Position numbers and translations under genes: made by a program. The notes under the pieces are model-generated. The model was not told the origin of the DNA, did no database searches, and was given only the letters and a program-made list of their open reading frames with translations. Shown here in pieces: positions 25,480 to 36,809 of a DNA stretch of 64,000 nucleotides. Position 1 is the first letter of the stretch. Each line of letters starts with the position of its first letter. This DNA comes from Octopus bimaculoides (lineage: Eukaryota), in assembly GCF_001194135.2 (NCBI RefSeq), contig NC_069006.1:15658092-15722091 (forward strand). Reading direction: 5' to 3'.

Positions 25480-26460
25480 GTAATCAGCAAGTGCGAAATA
25501 TCAGTATAGTATGCCCTTTACGCCAACAACTGCTCATTTCTACGAGCAAGAACAATTTATATTAACTTATAGCTACAAAAGAGTATTTATAAAACAAAGA
25601 GCTTACTCCCAAAAGGGACATTATGATCTTATAGGTATAATACAAAGGAACAAGTGAACTAAACAATGGAAAACTAAACGACCCATACCCGGCATGATAA
25701 CACCCACTCAAAAAGCAGCAAACCAAGAACTTAAGGCATTACTTAAATACAGAGGGATTTTAACGGCACTACTTAAATACAGGTGTTACGTACAAAACAT
25801 TTTGAATATACGCTGTGTGGACGTATAATGACACCCTAACCGCAACCCTAAATCTAACCATAACTCTAAAACTAACTTCCCCACCTCATATCGTTACGTA
25901 GAATTCATCGAGACTTCTGTATTTAAGTAGTGCCACACTTAATACATATAGACTATAAAAAGAACAGACAGTCAGACACATTGTTTTCAATCTATATCAT
26001 ATCACAAGAATGAAACCATACCAAAAGCGAACTAATAAAAACTAGTGGAAAAAGTATGTTATAACCAGCTTCCTCGAACAATGTACAAGAAAAAAAAGAC
26101 AAGCGTAGAGCAATGTCTATAAAATACATGTTCAATATAAAATAAATTAAGAAAGTAATTTCTAATTAAAAGTAAAATAATAAGCAGGATAAAATATAAA
26201 AAGAATTAGAATTAAATTATATTTAAAAATAAACAAAGATATATAAATCAATAACGGCTAGATAAAAACTACTTAATTAAGATTATAACTAAGTAAATGT
26301 CCTAACTACAAAGAGGTTAAATAATCCATTATTAATTAAACTGTCAATGGGCCCTTTACCTGGGAACCACTCAAACTACGCAAATTACAAACTAAATTTA
26401 TGTGGAGTTTGAATCAATATACACACCTGAGAAATGTAGACATTTAAAGTTACTGAAACA
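25480..26460 (+). mobile_element. Decayed, internally deleted R4/Dong-like RT remnant interrupted by a MITE
   Basis: In order: YSQKG, SYRYNTKEQ (cf. EQKG..GS.GTKEQL), NLIHIDYKK..DSQTH (cf. AWIDYKKAFDSVPH; joined across the MITE), and TWEPLKLRKLQTKF...H..NVD (cf. W...ELRKLD.KTR...H...VD). Confidence 0.5.
25735..25934. mobile_element. MITE with GGCACTACTTAAATACAG terminal inverted repeats and degenerate (CCCTAA)n core
   Basis: Left TIR copies at 25735-25752 (ggcattacttaaatacag) and 25765-25782; right TIR ctgtatttaagtagtgcc at 25917-25934. Flanks gaacttaa / acacttaa (6 of 8 identical). Confidence 0.8.
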
Positions 26461-26601
26461 AATAAATCATAACAAAATTCTTCTACGTAACACAAAGTTT
26501 CAATTGCTGCAGAAAAAAATTCAATGAAACTCTACTTACCTCTTTAAACCATTGCTGTCAAAAACCAAAGGCCATTATGCGTCAACAGGTAAAAATCAAT
26601 C

Positions 26602-26811
26602 CCAATGGAAGTGATGTTGAACATGATAGTGATTAAGGACTAACCAGCGGATGTGACGTTGTACACAACAGTAAATGATAACTACCCAGCGGATGTGACG
26701 TTGTACACAACAGTAAATGTTAACTACCCAGCGGATGTGACGTTGTACACAACAGTAAATGTTAACTACCCAGCGGAAGTGACACTTGACACAGTAGTGA
26801 ATGACAACCAA
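26602..26811 (+). repeat. 42-bp minisatellite, 5 units
   Basis: Units start at 26602, 26644, 26686, 26728 and 26770. The inner three are near-identical (ccagcggatgtgacgttgtacacaacagtaaatg(a/t)taactac). Confidence 0.92.
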
Positions 26812-27186
26812 ACCACCAAAACTTCTTCACAGTGATTTACAAATAACGTAAATAAAAACATTCCTTACAGTTGCTTACCCAGATACAAACTAGAAATTAT
26901 TCCATATTTTTTTCAAAATTTCACCATGTTTCCTTGAACAACGGTTGAAGCATCTAAACACCCTTTTACTACAGTAACCTTGTTCTTCTCTGTGCACCTT
27001 TAACATGTTAATCCCATCCAAAAACATTCCAAACTAATTATTCTTCCGCATCTAATAACTTGATTTTAAAACACATTATAACCGAACCAAAGAGGAAATC
27101 CAATTTCCGCCCCAGGCAACGATGCAATGCGGAAATTAAAACTATCAGTTTTACTATAAATAACGTCATACATACATATATACAGT

Positions 27187-27219
<33 letters not shown>

Positions 27220-27930
27220 NNNNNNNNNNNNNNNNNNNNNNNNNNNNNNNNNNNNNNNNNNNNNNNNNNNNNNNNNNNNNNNNNNNNNNNNNNNNNNNNN
27301 NNNNNNNNNNNNNNNNNNNNNNNNNNNNNNNNNNNNNNNNNNNNNNNNNNNNNNNNNNNNNNNNNNNNNNNNNNNNNNNNNNNNNNNNNNNNNNNNNNNN
27401 NNNNNNNNNNNNNNNNNNNNNNNNNNNNNNNNNNNNNNNNNNNNNNNNNNNNNNNNNNNNNNNNNNNNNNNNNNNNNNNNNNNNNNNNNNNNNNNNNNNN
27501 NNNNNNNNNNNNNNNNNNNNNNNNNNNNNNNNNNNNNNNNNNNNNNNNNNNNNNNNNNNNNNNNNNNNNNNNNNNNNNNNNNNNNNNNNNNNNNNNNNNN
27601 NNNNNNNNNNNNNNNNNNNNNNNNNNNNNNNNNNNNNNNNNNNNNNNNNNNNNNNNNNNNNNNNNNNNNNNNNNNNNNNNNNNNNNNNNNNNNNNNNNNN
27701 NNNNNNNNNNNNNNNNNNNNNNNNNNNNNNNNNNNNNNNTTTAAGCCAGGTACTTATTCTGTTGATCTCTTTTGCCGAACCGCTAAGTTACGGGAACGTA
27801 ATCAAACCAACACCTGTGACAGTGTTTTGATTAAATTCAACAGAATACATATACAACAGAATACGTTTGGATTTTAAACAACGATGTATGTAACAAACAG
27901 AAGTAAATGCCTTGTTTGTTTATCTCTATG

Positions 27931-27972
<42 letters not shown>

Positions 27973-28119
27973 CTCTCTCTTTATGAACAGCGATCATCCA
28001 GACTAGTTTAAAGCCAATATTACTAATGGCTTAAATAAAATTATAGACTGATTTGCATATATGACGCATTCTTGACAGCTAGATTTATTAATAAATTATA
28101 AGTGCCTTAACAGTATTTC

Positions 28120-28440
28120 AACATCAGAACAATGTTTGAAATTAATACCACATTTCATAGATTTCTCAAAGTTAAATGAACTCGGGAATGGATAGAATAT
28201 AAAAACAGTAACTACGACATGCAGTGCATTTGCAGAAGGTCTTAGAAAAGAGAAACCATGAAACCGCTAAAAGTCAGAACAGAGAAACAATGAAAAGCCT
28301 TAATGAGAGGAGAAATATCTAAGGCAGGAATGGCTGAGCATATATGGTGCGTAAAAGGAAATTATATTCCGCTATTGAACGACATTTCCATAATTGATAT
28401 AGAACTATAGTGGAAACTTAGAAACATCAAAGAAGCAGAA
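28120..28440 (+). mobile_element. Penelope-like element GIY-YIG endonuclease remnant
   Basis: Single frame with in-frame stops: NIRTMFEINTTFHRFLKVK*...NYDMQCICRRS*KRETMKPLKVRTEKQ*KALMRGEISKAGMAEHIWCVKGNYIPLLNDISIIDIEL*WKLRNIKEA (cf. VYSIPCSCGKVYKGET.RPLKVRLEEH...S.MA.HIW...IID.E..W..R.LKEA). Confidence 0.8.
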
Positions 28441-28842
28441 TTATAGAGCTTGCTGAGAACTCAATCAGTGAGTTTAATATTAACATCGGATCAATATGAC
28501 TGCGTTTACTGGAAAATAAATAAAAAAAAAAAACCTGTGAATCGTTTCAGAAAATGATGATGAAGTTCATTTATTCTACCATGGACGACTACCAGTTTGT
28601 GTTCCAGGCAAGTTTCTCTCCATGGCATAATCATGAAAAAGGTTTTCATGTGGAAGACTAGCAGTCGACAATGGATGCGAGTCTTCTCATTGTATCTCAG
28701 ATACAGTGTCTGAATTACAAACGGGATGGTCACGACTGAAACATTTTCAATCTTAAGGAGCCGGTGTAAATACATCGATGCCCGAACGATTCTACGGATC
28801 CGATATTTTTTCTTGAAATATCCTTATTTTATTCTTATTTTA

Positions 28843-29175
28843 AATGTTTCAGTCATTAGACTGCGACCATGCTGTAGCACCGCGTTGAACAATCCTAATC
28901 GAACGAATTGACACCAGTAATTGATTTAAGCTTGGCACTTATCCTAGCGGTCTCTTGTGCTAAATCGCTACGTTACGGGAACGTAAACACACCAACGCTG
29001 GTTGTCAAGCGATAGTGGGACACGCGAGCGCGCAACGGATTTCTTTCAGTTTCCGTCTATTTTGCTCGGCTTGAGGCTATAGCAGAAGACACTTGTGCAA
29101 GTGCCACGCAATGGGACTGAACCCGAAACCATGTGGTTGGGAAGTAAACTTTTTACCACACAATCACGTTTGTGC
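28843..29175 (-). mobile_element. SINE-B copy
   Basis: Same motifs as the other SINE-B copies; internally deleted. Confidence 0.8.
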
Positions 29176-29429
29176 CTATCCAGATGATTTTCAAAAACGA
29201 TGGAGGTGTGCATCGAGTATGGGAAGTAGGTATAAAAAAAAACAATATAAAAAACAATATAAACATATATGCAATGAAACATCGTAACAGGCCTCAGCCA
29301 TATGAGGCCCTTCAACATCACCACAGATTTTGAATTAGCATGACTTTCAAGCACAAATATTCTCTCCCTACTATAACGGTTGAGAGTATACCATTGATTA
29401 TTTGTATAACACTCAATGCTGAAATTACG

Positions 29430-29670
29430 TATTAGCCCCTGTAGAGTTTTCCATATGTAGATTATCGCATATCTCTCGCCTTTACTTCAAGGAGTAAAGT
29501 TGCAGTTTTCTCAGCTTATCCCTGTAGCTCATCTGCTGCTCTGGTTCAATCCTTTTAGTATAGTGGCGTTGGACTGCCTCAAGCTCCGCTGTTAGTTTGG
29601 CACTATGTGGTGACCATAACTAGGAGCAGTAGTCCAGGTGGCTGAAAACAAATGTGCTCCACAGGGTCAG
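29430..29670 (-). mobile_element. CR1-group LINE fragment, same family as 18869-20005
   Basis: Aligns to about 19120-19292 joined to 19674-19735 and carries a single atgtggtgacc (29605-29615), i.e. no SINE. Confidence 0.85.
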
Positions 29671-31424
29671 TTGAAAACATATTTGCTCATCAGTAATGAC
29701 TTGGAGCAAAACAAAAGCATCAACATTTTTTTTTTTTCAACAGAAGAGAACCTCCACAGTTACACGAACTTCTAGAAATGATAACTAAATTTCCCTCCAA
29801 TCACATACTACTGTTATTTTTTTTTAAGAGAAAAAAAAAAGGAAATAAAGAATTTTATCATAGCATTGTCCAGTCAGGAGCTAAAATTCGGCTGCGTAGC
29901 AGTAACACCGCCCCGGACTCAGCTAGAGCTGTTTCAGGAAAGGGAACTGCATGAATGTCTCATACTCGGGTGTTTGTTGCTGTATTTTTATAAATGTGAA
30001 ATTTTCGTAGCAAGACAGGTGACTTGAACATCATCACCACCACATTCATCATCGCCATCATTTAATTATTAATATCATCATCATCATCCTCATCATCACT
30101 ACCACCACTGTCAGCCTCCTCATCATCATCATCATCATCGTTATCGGTAGCAGCAGCAGCAGTTGCTGTAACTGCAAAAAAGGACAGCAGAAGCAACAGA
30201 AACAACAAATTATGCCATAATTTTCAAAGTTATGATTAGCTTCCGCATCATCATCATTATCATCTTCCCTGTTGCCGTCGTCACCAACACCACTATCATC
30301 ATCATCATCATCACTGCCATCGTCATCATCATTACGAACCTCCTCGCCGTAATAATAATAATAATAATAATAATAAGATTAATAATATTAATAATAATAA
30401 TAATAATAACAGTGAAAGCGTATTACATTGACTATCCCCTCCCGTCCTCCTCCTCCTCTTCCTATTCATTATCATCAGCATCATTGACATCCTGTTGCTC
30501 TAAACGTGTTGATGATGATTGGTGGTAAAAGTGTGGGTGCTCAAATAGTTGGCGAAGATTGGGTGTGGTGTTAGGGTACGGCCGTGACGTTGGATGTGGA
30601 GATGAGGTAATGATTGTTCTTACAGCGCATTCGCTGTGAAATGATTGCTAAGCTGGATTCGATGTTTAATCAAAATCGTTTGATGCCACATCATCAATAA
30701 TGATGATCACATGCTATGCACCATCCATCCATCCATCCCCATTCATCTTTCTCCATCCATCCATACATTCATACCGCCATGCTTCCATACTTGAACTGCC
30801 AATGGTATCATATCGCATTCCGATCCATCGAAAAACAACGATCCACAAAACACTACTACTACTACTACTACCACGGCTACTAAGCAATAATTATACCGGG
30901 ATCTGCTAGAAAGAGCAGCTATATTTCCCTCAAATCTCATCGTCTTAAAATACGTTGGACGATGTGGTCTTCAGTCTCTGGCTCATAAAAGAGACTGGGT
31001 GGTTACGGTTAGAGTGACTTTGATCAGGATTCACAACAACAACAACAAAATGAGCTGGCTAGAATAACTATTCAAACTGATTCTCCTCCCATTCATTAGA
31101 TATTTGAAAAAAACCAAAGAGAATTTTAAAAAGCCAAAGAAAATTTTGTACATTATTCAAGACTTATAAGTGTCAATCTTCGCACATGAAATTCTTATAT
31201 TTTCTAATAATTCTTCAACACTTCTCCAGCAAGCAACATTGTGTGTGTGTGTGTGTGTGTGTGTGTATACACATATATATATATATATATATACAACTGT
31301 GCTTTCATCCTTACAAAATCGATAAAATGAAACATCATTCATAGTGGGGTCGATGCTATTGATTATCCCTACCCTCAAAATGACTACCCAGGTCCCTAAA
31401 TTAGAAACCTTTGTTATCACCATT

Positions 31425-31735
31425 ATTAAGGTCAACTTTGCCTTTCGGGCTTTCGGGATCGATAAAATATACGCTAGGTCAACGCAGGGGGGGGTCAATA
31501 TAGTCAATCCGTCACCCTTCCATCAAGATTGCTAGGCTTTATGCCCTGAGTAGTATTTCTTCCGATTCATTAAGTTCTAAGTTCAAATTTCACCAGGGTC
31601 AACTTTCTAGTCATGCTTTCGGGATCGATAGAATAAAGTACCAATCAAGTACATGTAACCAACTAACCCCGCTCCACACACCTCCGCTCGAAATTTGCTG
31701 GCGTTGGGCCAAACTTAGAAAGTGTTATCATAATT
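31425..31735 (+). mobile_element. Two adjacent degenerate SINE-A fragments
   Basis: ggtcaactttgcctttc..gatcgataaaat and agttcaaatttcaccagggtcaacttt..aagtacc..tgctggc. Confidence 0.7.
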
Positions 31736-32333
31736 AAGGCCCACTTCACCTTTCATCTTTTCATGGCCGATCGCTAGGGANNNNNNNNNNNNNNNNNNNN
31801 NNNNNNNNNNNNNNNNNNNNNNNNNNNNNNNNNNNNNNNNNNNNNNNNNNNNNNNNNNNNNNNNNNNNNNNNNNNNNNNNNNNNNNNNNNNNNNNNNNNN
31901 NNNNNNNNNNNNNNNNNNNNNNNNNNNNNNNNNNNNNNNNNNNNNNNNNNNNNNNNNNNNNNNNNNNNNNNNNNNNNNNNNNNNNNNNNNNNNNNNNNNN
32001 NNNNNNNNNNNNNNNNNNNNNNNNNNNNNNNNNNNNNNNNNNNNNNNNNNNNNNNNNNNNNNNNNNNNNNNNNNNNNNNNNNNNNNNNNNNNNNNNNNNN
32101 NNNNNNNNNNNNNNNNNNNNNNNNNNNNNNNNNNNNNNNNNNNNNNNNNNNNNNNNNNNNNNNNNNNNNNNNNNNNNNNNNNNNNNNNNNNNNNNNNNNN
32201 NNNNNNNNNNNNNNNNNNNNNNNNNNNNNNNNNNNNNNNNNNNNNNNNNNNNNNNNNNNNNNNNNNNNNNNNNNNNNNNNNNNNNNNNNNNNNNNNNNNN
32301 NNNNNNNNNNNNNNNNNNNNNNNNNNNNNNNNN

Positions 32334-32592
32334 TACAAATTATTTACATTATTTACATTTGACGGATATTTGTCCTCATCTTGTTTGTTGTTAACACAAC
32401 GTTTCGGCTGATATACCCTCCAGCCTTCATCAGGTGTCTTAGGGAAATTTCGAACCTGGGTTCTCATTCCTAAGGTATTTTTCGATGTTATTATTATTAC
32501 TATTATTATTATTATTATTACTATTCAGGTCACTGCTTGGAATCGAACTCGGAATCTTGGGGTTAGTAGCCCGCACTCTTAACCACTACGCC
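32334..32592 (-). mobile_element. Composite short element: tRNA-like head + (TAA)n spacer + Penelope-type 3' end containing a hammerhead ribozyme
   Basis: Minus strand: ggcgtagtggttaagagtgcgggctactaaccccaagattccgagttcgattcc (A and B boxes; CT-ACT-AA loop resembling tRNA-Ser(GCT)), then (TAA)n, then the hammerhead, then gtaaataatgtaaataat running into the gap. Confidence 0.8.
32393..32438 (-). ncRNA. Minimal type I hammerhead ribozyme (PLE-type)
   Basis: GACAC-CUGAUGA-A-GGCUG(gaggguauau)CAGCC-GAAA-C-GUU|GUGUU. Stem I GACAC/GUGUU, 5-bp stem II, palindromic ACGU stem III. Predicted cleavage between 32398 and 32397. Confidence 0.8.
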
Positions 32593-32632
32593 TGATGAAG
32601 GCTGGAGGGTATATCCTCCGAAACGTTGTGTT
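32587..32632 (+). ncRNA. Second hammerhead copy with altered stem II
   Basis: CUGAUGA at 32592-32598 and GAAACGUU at 32620-32627. CAGCC is changed to CCUCC, which breaks the canonical stem II; probably impaired. Confidence 0.5.
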
Positions 32633-32712
32633 AACAACAAACAAGATGAGGACAAATATCCGTCAAATGTAAATAATGTACATAATTCCTCATCTCTTAA
32701 ATACAGAACTGT
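32591..32712 (+). mobile_element. Inverted, 5'-truncated copy of the element's 3' end
   Basis: 32591-32687 is the reverse complement of 32338-32434 with 3 mismatches; the junction shares cc with the tRNA-like 5' end. Confidence 0.88.
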
Positions 32713-32744
32713 CTTATAAATTGTTTACAGTATTTCTTCCATCT

Positions 32745-32900
32745 CTGAGCGTTCTGAGTTCAAATACTGCCGATATCATCTTTGCTCTTCATCCCTTCAG
32801 GGTCGATAAAATAAAGTATGAGTCAGGCACTGGGATCGATCTACTCGTCTTGCACCCACCCCTCAAAATTGCTGACCTTGCGCCTAAATTAGAATGAATT
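32745..32900 (+). mobile_element. SINE-A degenerate fragment
   Basis: cgttctgagttcaaatactgccg...gggtcgataaaataaagta...ctcaaaattgctgaccttg. Confidence 0.7.
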
Positions 32901-34249
32901 GTTATCATTATCATTTATTGTTGTCGCTGTTGTTGTTGTTGTTGTTGTGACTGCTGCTAATGTTGTTGTAATTATTTTTGTTATTGTTATTTGGTTTGTT
33001 GGTTAAGCGGAAATCAATTGTTAATTCTAATAAAGTCTACTTTTAGATTTCAATTCCATTTTAGCAACAACAAAAAAAAACAATAAATAACGAAAAGAAA
33101 CAAAAACAGCATTAACAATAAAAGCAAAATTGACAAAAAGAAGACACCAAAAATGTAACAAAACAGAAATAAAACAAGCAAAGAAGCAAGCAAAAAGCGG
33201 AAACGAAGGAAAACGCCTCGTTTCTACAATTATGGTATTGTCAATGGATCTTTGATGAGTTTTTGCCTTTGATGAAGATAATAATTGCCGAATTAACGTG
33301 TTTATAGCTCTCATATTATCATCTTCCTCCGCCTTTTCTACTCTCTTACCGACACACACTCTCTCTTTCTCTCTCGCCCTTTTCTCTCTATCTCTCTCCA
33401 TATCACTTTATTTCTACTTCTCATTTCTCTCTCGATTTCAAACTGATTATCGATTCATCTCTATATCTACTATCTTTCATTTCCAGTTATCTCCCTCTTT
33501 CTCTTTCCCCTCTAGGTCTCTTCTTTCTCCTCTTTCCATATACATGTACCCTTGTCTCCTCCTATCCTCCTATCTCTCTGTGAATCACCCTCTACATAAC
33601 TCTCTTATGCCTTCTATCTTCCTCTTCATACGGCTCTATCTCTATATCTGTCAGGTGCCTTTCCCAACCCTCACTCGCTCTTTACTTTGTTCTGGCTTTT
33701 GCATGTAAATCGCCCCTTTTTCCTGCATTTCTAATTTTCGCTCCCCGCACCTATTCTTTTTCTTTTAGATTAACCGTTGATGTTTTCATTATGGAATGGA
33801 AGGGGCAACTTCGTTACTTTTCGGTGCCTGTGGTACACCCCTCCCTCTACGTTTTTTTTTAATGTACTGAACGCGGCAATTTTCTACATCGTGAATTATA
33901 AAAATAGAACGGTGCGTCACGTGTGTAGATCGAACTGCGTTTAACTTCACACATTTCATTAGTTATGTTGTGTTCGTTTTAAGTTTTAAAGATTTTCATT
34001 TCCGATTCATGGCAGAGATTCAGAATCACGCTTTGTTTTCTATTGTATTAATATTAGTGTTTGTGAATGCAAACAAATCAAAGTTATATAAAGTGGTAGA
34101 TGCGTTGTTGAAATTCTCATGGTGATATTCGCCCTATTTTCAGTGACTTAGAATGGATTTCTCTATCACATATACTTACACATATGACAGACAGACAGAC
34201 AGTTTCAGTAAAATTCCTTCTCTCTGTTACAACTCGATTGTGTATGTGC

Positions 34250-34628
34250 TGGCACTCCGTCGCTTACAACGTCGAGGGTTCCAGTTGATCCGATCAACGG
34301 AACAGCCTGCTCGTGAAATTAACGTGCAAGTGGCTGAGCATTCCACAGACACGTGTACCCTTAACGTGGTTCTCAGGGATATTCAGCGTGACACAGTGTG
34401 ACAAGGCTGACCCTTTGAACTACAGGCACAACAGAAACAGGAAGTAAGAGTGAGAGAAAGCTGTGGTGAAAAAGTACAGTAGGGTTCGCCACCATCCCAT
34501 GCCGGAGCCTCGTGGAGCTTTAGGTGTTTTCGCTCAATAAACACTCACAACGCCCGGTCTGGGAATCGAAACCGCGATCCTATGACCGCGAGTCCGCTGC
34601 CTGAACCACTGGGCCATTGCGCCTCCAC
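34250..34628 (-). mobile_element. SINE-C full copy
   Basis: Reverse complement of the 3856 and 19293 copies over the whole length. Confidence 0.92.
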
Positions 34629-34736
34629 TATGTGTGAATGTATATATCTTTCATCGTTCATTTGCTTCAGTCATTCGACTGTGGTCATGCTGGGGCATAT
34701 GTGTTGGTGCATATGTGTATGTGCATATTTTTATTA

Positions 34737-34840
34737 ATATTTAGCAGAGGTAAAAGAGTGACTCAAGATTCTAGAGTTTCGTAAGTTGGCACTGCACGAA
34801 ACACTAGACCTTGAGTCACTCTCTTACCTCTGCTAAATAT
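34737..34840. mobile_element. 104-bp foldback / MITE-like hairpin
   Basis: Arms 34737-34782 and 34796-34840 are near-perfect reverse complements around a 13-nt loop; set in TA-rich flanks. Confidence 0.75.
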
Positions 34841-35161
34841 ATATATATAAAATTTTATTTGGGATTTGTCCATTATTGTATATTTGTTTTAGCTATTGAT
34901 ATGCTAATGAAATTATGTGAACATCTTCAATGAAGGGTATATGTTTTTGAGAAATTGGTGTTCGTTCAGCAATTCGATTTATACAGGAACCTGCAGAATC
35001 GATATTTTGCAGTATTGCTGGAAATAATACAGATTCGATGTATTATTTCGTCTCTTACATAATAATATTCCAGCAATAAACCTCTGGTAAAGCGTCGATG
35101 AAACAATTTCAGAATTATGTAATAAAACCGGATGCTCACACCAACCATTATTCTTAATAAT

Positions 35162-35234
<73 letters not shown>

Positions 35235-36420
35235 GAGATACATACATACATATACCTACGTGTATATATACATACATGCTTATACTTACACATACATACA
35301 TGTAAATATAGATACATACATAAATATATATCGAGAGAGAGGGAGGGAGGGAGAGAGAGAGAGCGATAAAGCTAGTGCCATGTTCTACTATAATCGTATA
35401 TATACAAATGGCCATATTCAGTATTTCTTTGTTGGTAATTACGATGATAGACTATAAATTGTTTTTGAATTACAGTTGTTTTGTACCGAAAATGGACGAA
35501 ACTTTTCTTCTATATCACTTGTGGTTGTTACTATTGTTGAAGTTGTTTAGTCCCAAGTCATCCTTGATCGAGCAGACCTATGATCAAAATGTACCTAAAA
35601 CTGCATTATCCAGTGCAATTATCTTTTCAAAATCATAGGACGATAGGAGGAAGATTAGGTTGGTATTTCTAACAGTCATTGGTTTTTAGTACCACATCCC
35701 CCTATTGAGCAAATCTATAACTAAAAGCATTCGAACATTTCTATTACTATATTACCTAATGTATTATTTCTCTATGAATGCGAACATTGCCGAGTGGTTA
35801 AGATGTTTGCTTCGTTACCAGGATATCCTGGGTTCGATTCCATTTAGGGAATATTAGGCTTGTACCGTTATCATAGGTTTGGATCGATTTTAATTCTTGG
35901 AAATGAAATTGATTCTAAGTAGACGGAAACTGTGTTTGTACTTTGTTTGTTGCACTTGTGTCTCGCTGATCCTAAATGAAAATTCAGTGAAGGATAAATT
36001 TGATTGTAGAATACTCAGTCACATTTTATACTAAGTCAATAAGTCATCTAATGTCATATGTCAAAGTCTTATCCCATAATATTTGGTAAGCTCTTCGCAA
36101 TACTAAGGAAGTAATTAGAGCATTCGTGGACATACCATAAGGTCACAGTTGGCTATCTATGTGGATTCTGTTCCTCAGAATATAAATTAACGTTTATATC
36201 TAAGATATTAACTATCCAAGCGTCTACTGACAATAATTTTAGCATTAAAATTGTCGACTACATCCTTCCAGACGTATCTCATACGAAGCGAAAATTTTTC
36301 TTTTAAGTAATTTTAGATGGTAGGGATGATTTTAAGAACCCTTGGGGGGGGGCGTGTGCGTGTACGTGCGTACGTGCATATAGGTATCCACCGAACTAGA
36401 AATAATCTTTTATTGTTATC

Positions 36421-36801
36421 CTTTACTTCTTTTTGTTCTCAGACTGCGGCCATGGTAGGGCACCGCCTTGAAGAATTTTCAGTCGAATGAATTGACCCAG
36501 TGCGTAATTTTTGTTAAATTTGGTATTTATTCTATCGGCCTTTTTTGCCGAATCGCTAAGGTGCGGAGGCGTAAACACACCAACACTAGTTGTCAAGCAG
36601 TGATGGTGGGACAAAAAAATACACACACATGCACATAGATAAATACATATACGACGGACTTCTTACAGTTCCCATCTACCAAATCCACTCACAAGGCTTT
36701 GGTTACCCGAGGCTATAGTACAAGATACTTTCCGCAGGTGTCAGGCAATGGAACCATGTGGCTTGGAAGCAAGCTCCTTACCACATAGCCACGCCTGCTC
36801 C
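36421..36801 (-). mobile_element. SINE-B copy
   Basis: Full set of family motifs. Confidence 0.85.
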
Positions 36802-36809
36802 TATAATAC

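Noticed and set aside
26540-26554. Possible 15-nt minus-strand microexon (tgacag|CAATGGTTTAAAGAG|gtaagta, QWFKE)
   Set aside because: A perfect donor is expected a few times by chance in this window, the acceptor is modest, and no partner exons were found. Spliced RNA-seq reads would be needed.
26602-26811. CRISPR-like array
   Set aside because: Units are contiguous with no unique spacers, the context is eukaryotic, and there are no cas genes.
32524-32592. Stand-alone tRNA gene
   Set aside because: The anticodon stem is imperfect, there is no acceptor stem or terminator, and it is fused to a repeat tail; treated as a SINE head.
33250-33273. Paired TCF/LEF sites (CTTTGAT twice)
   Set aside because: 7-mers in AT-rich DNA; not distinguishable from chance without conservation data.
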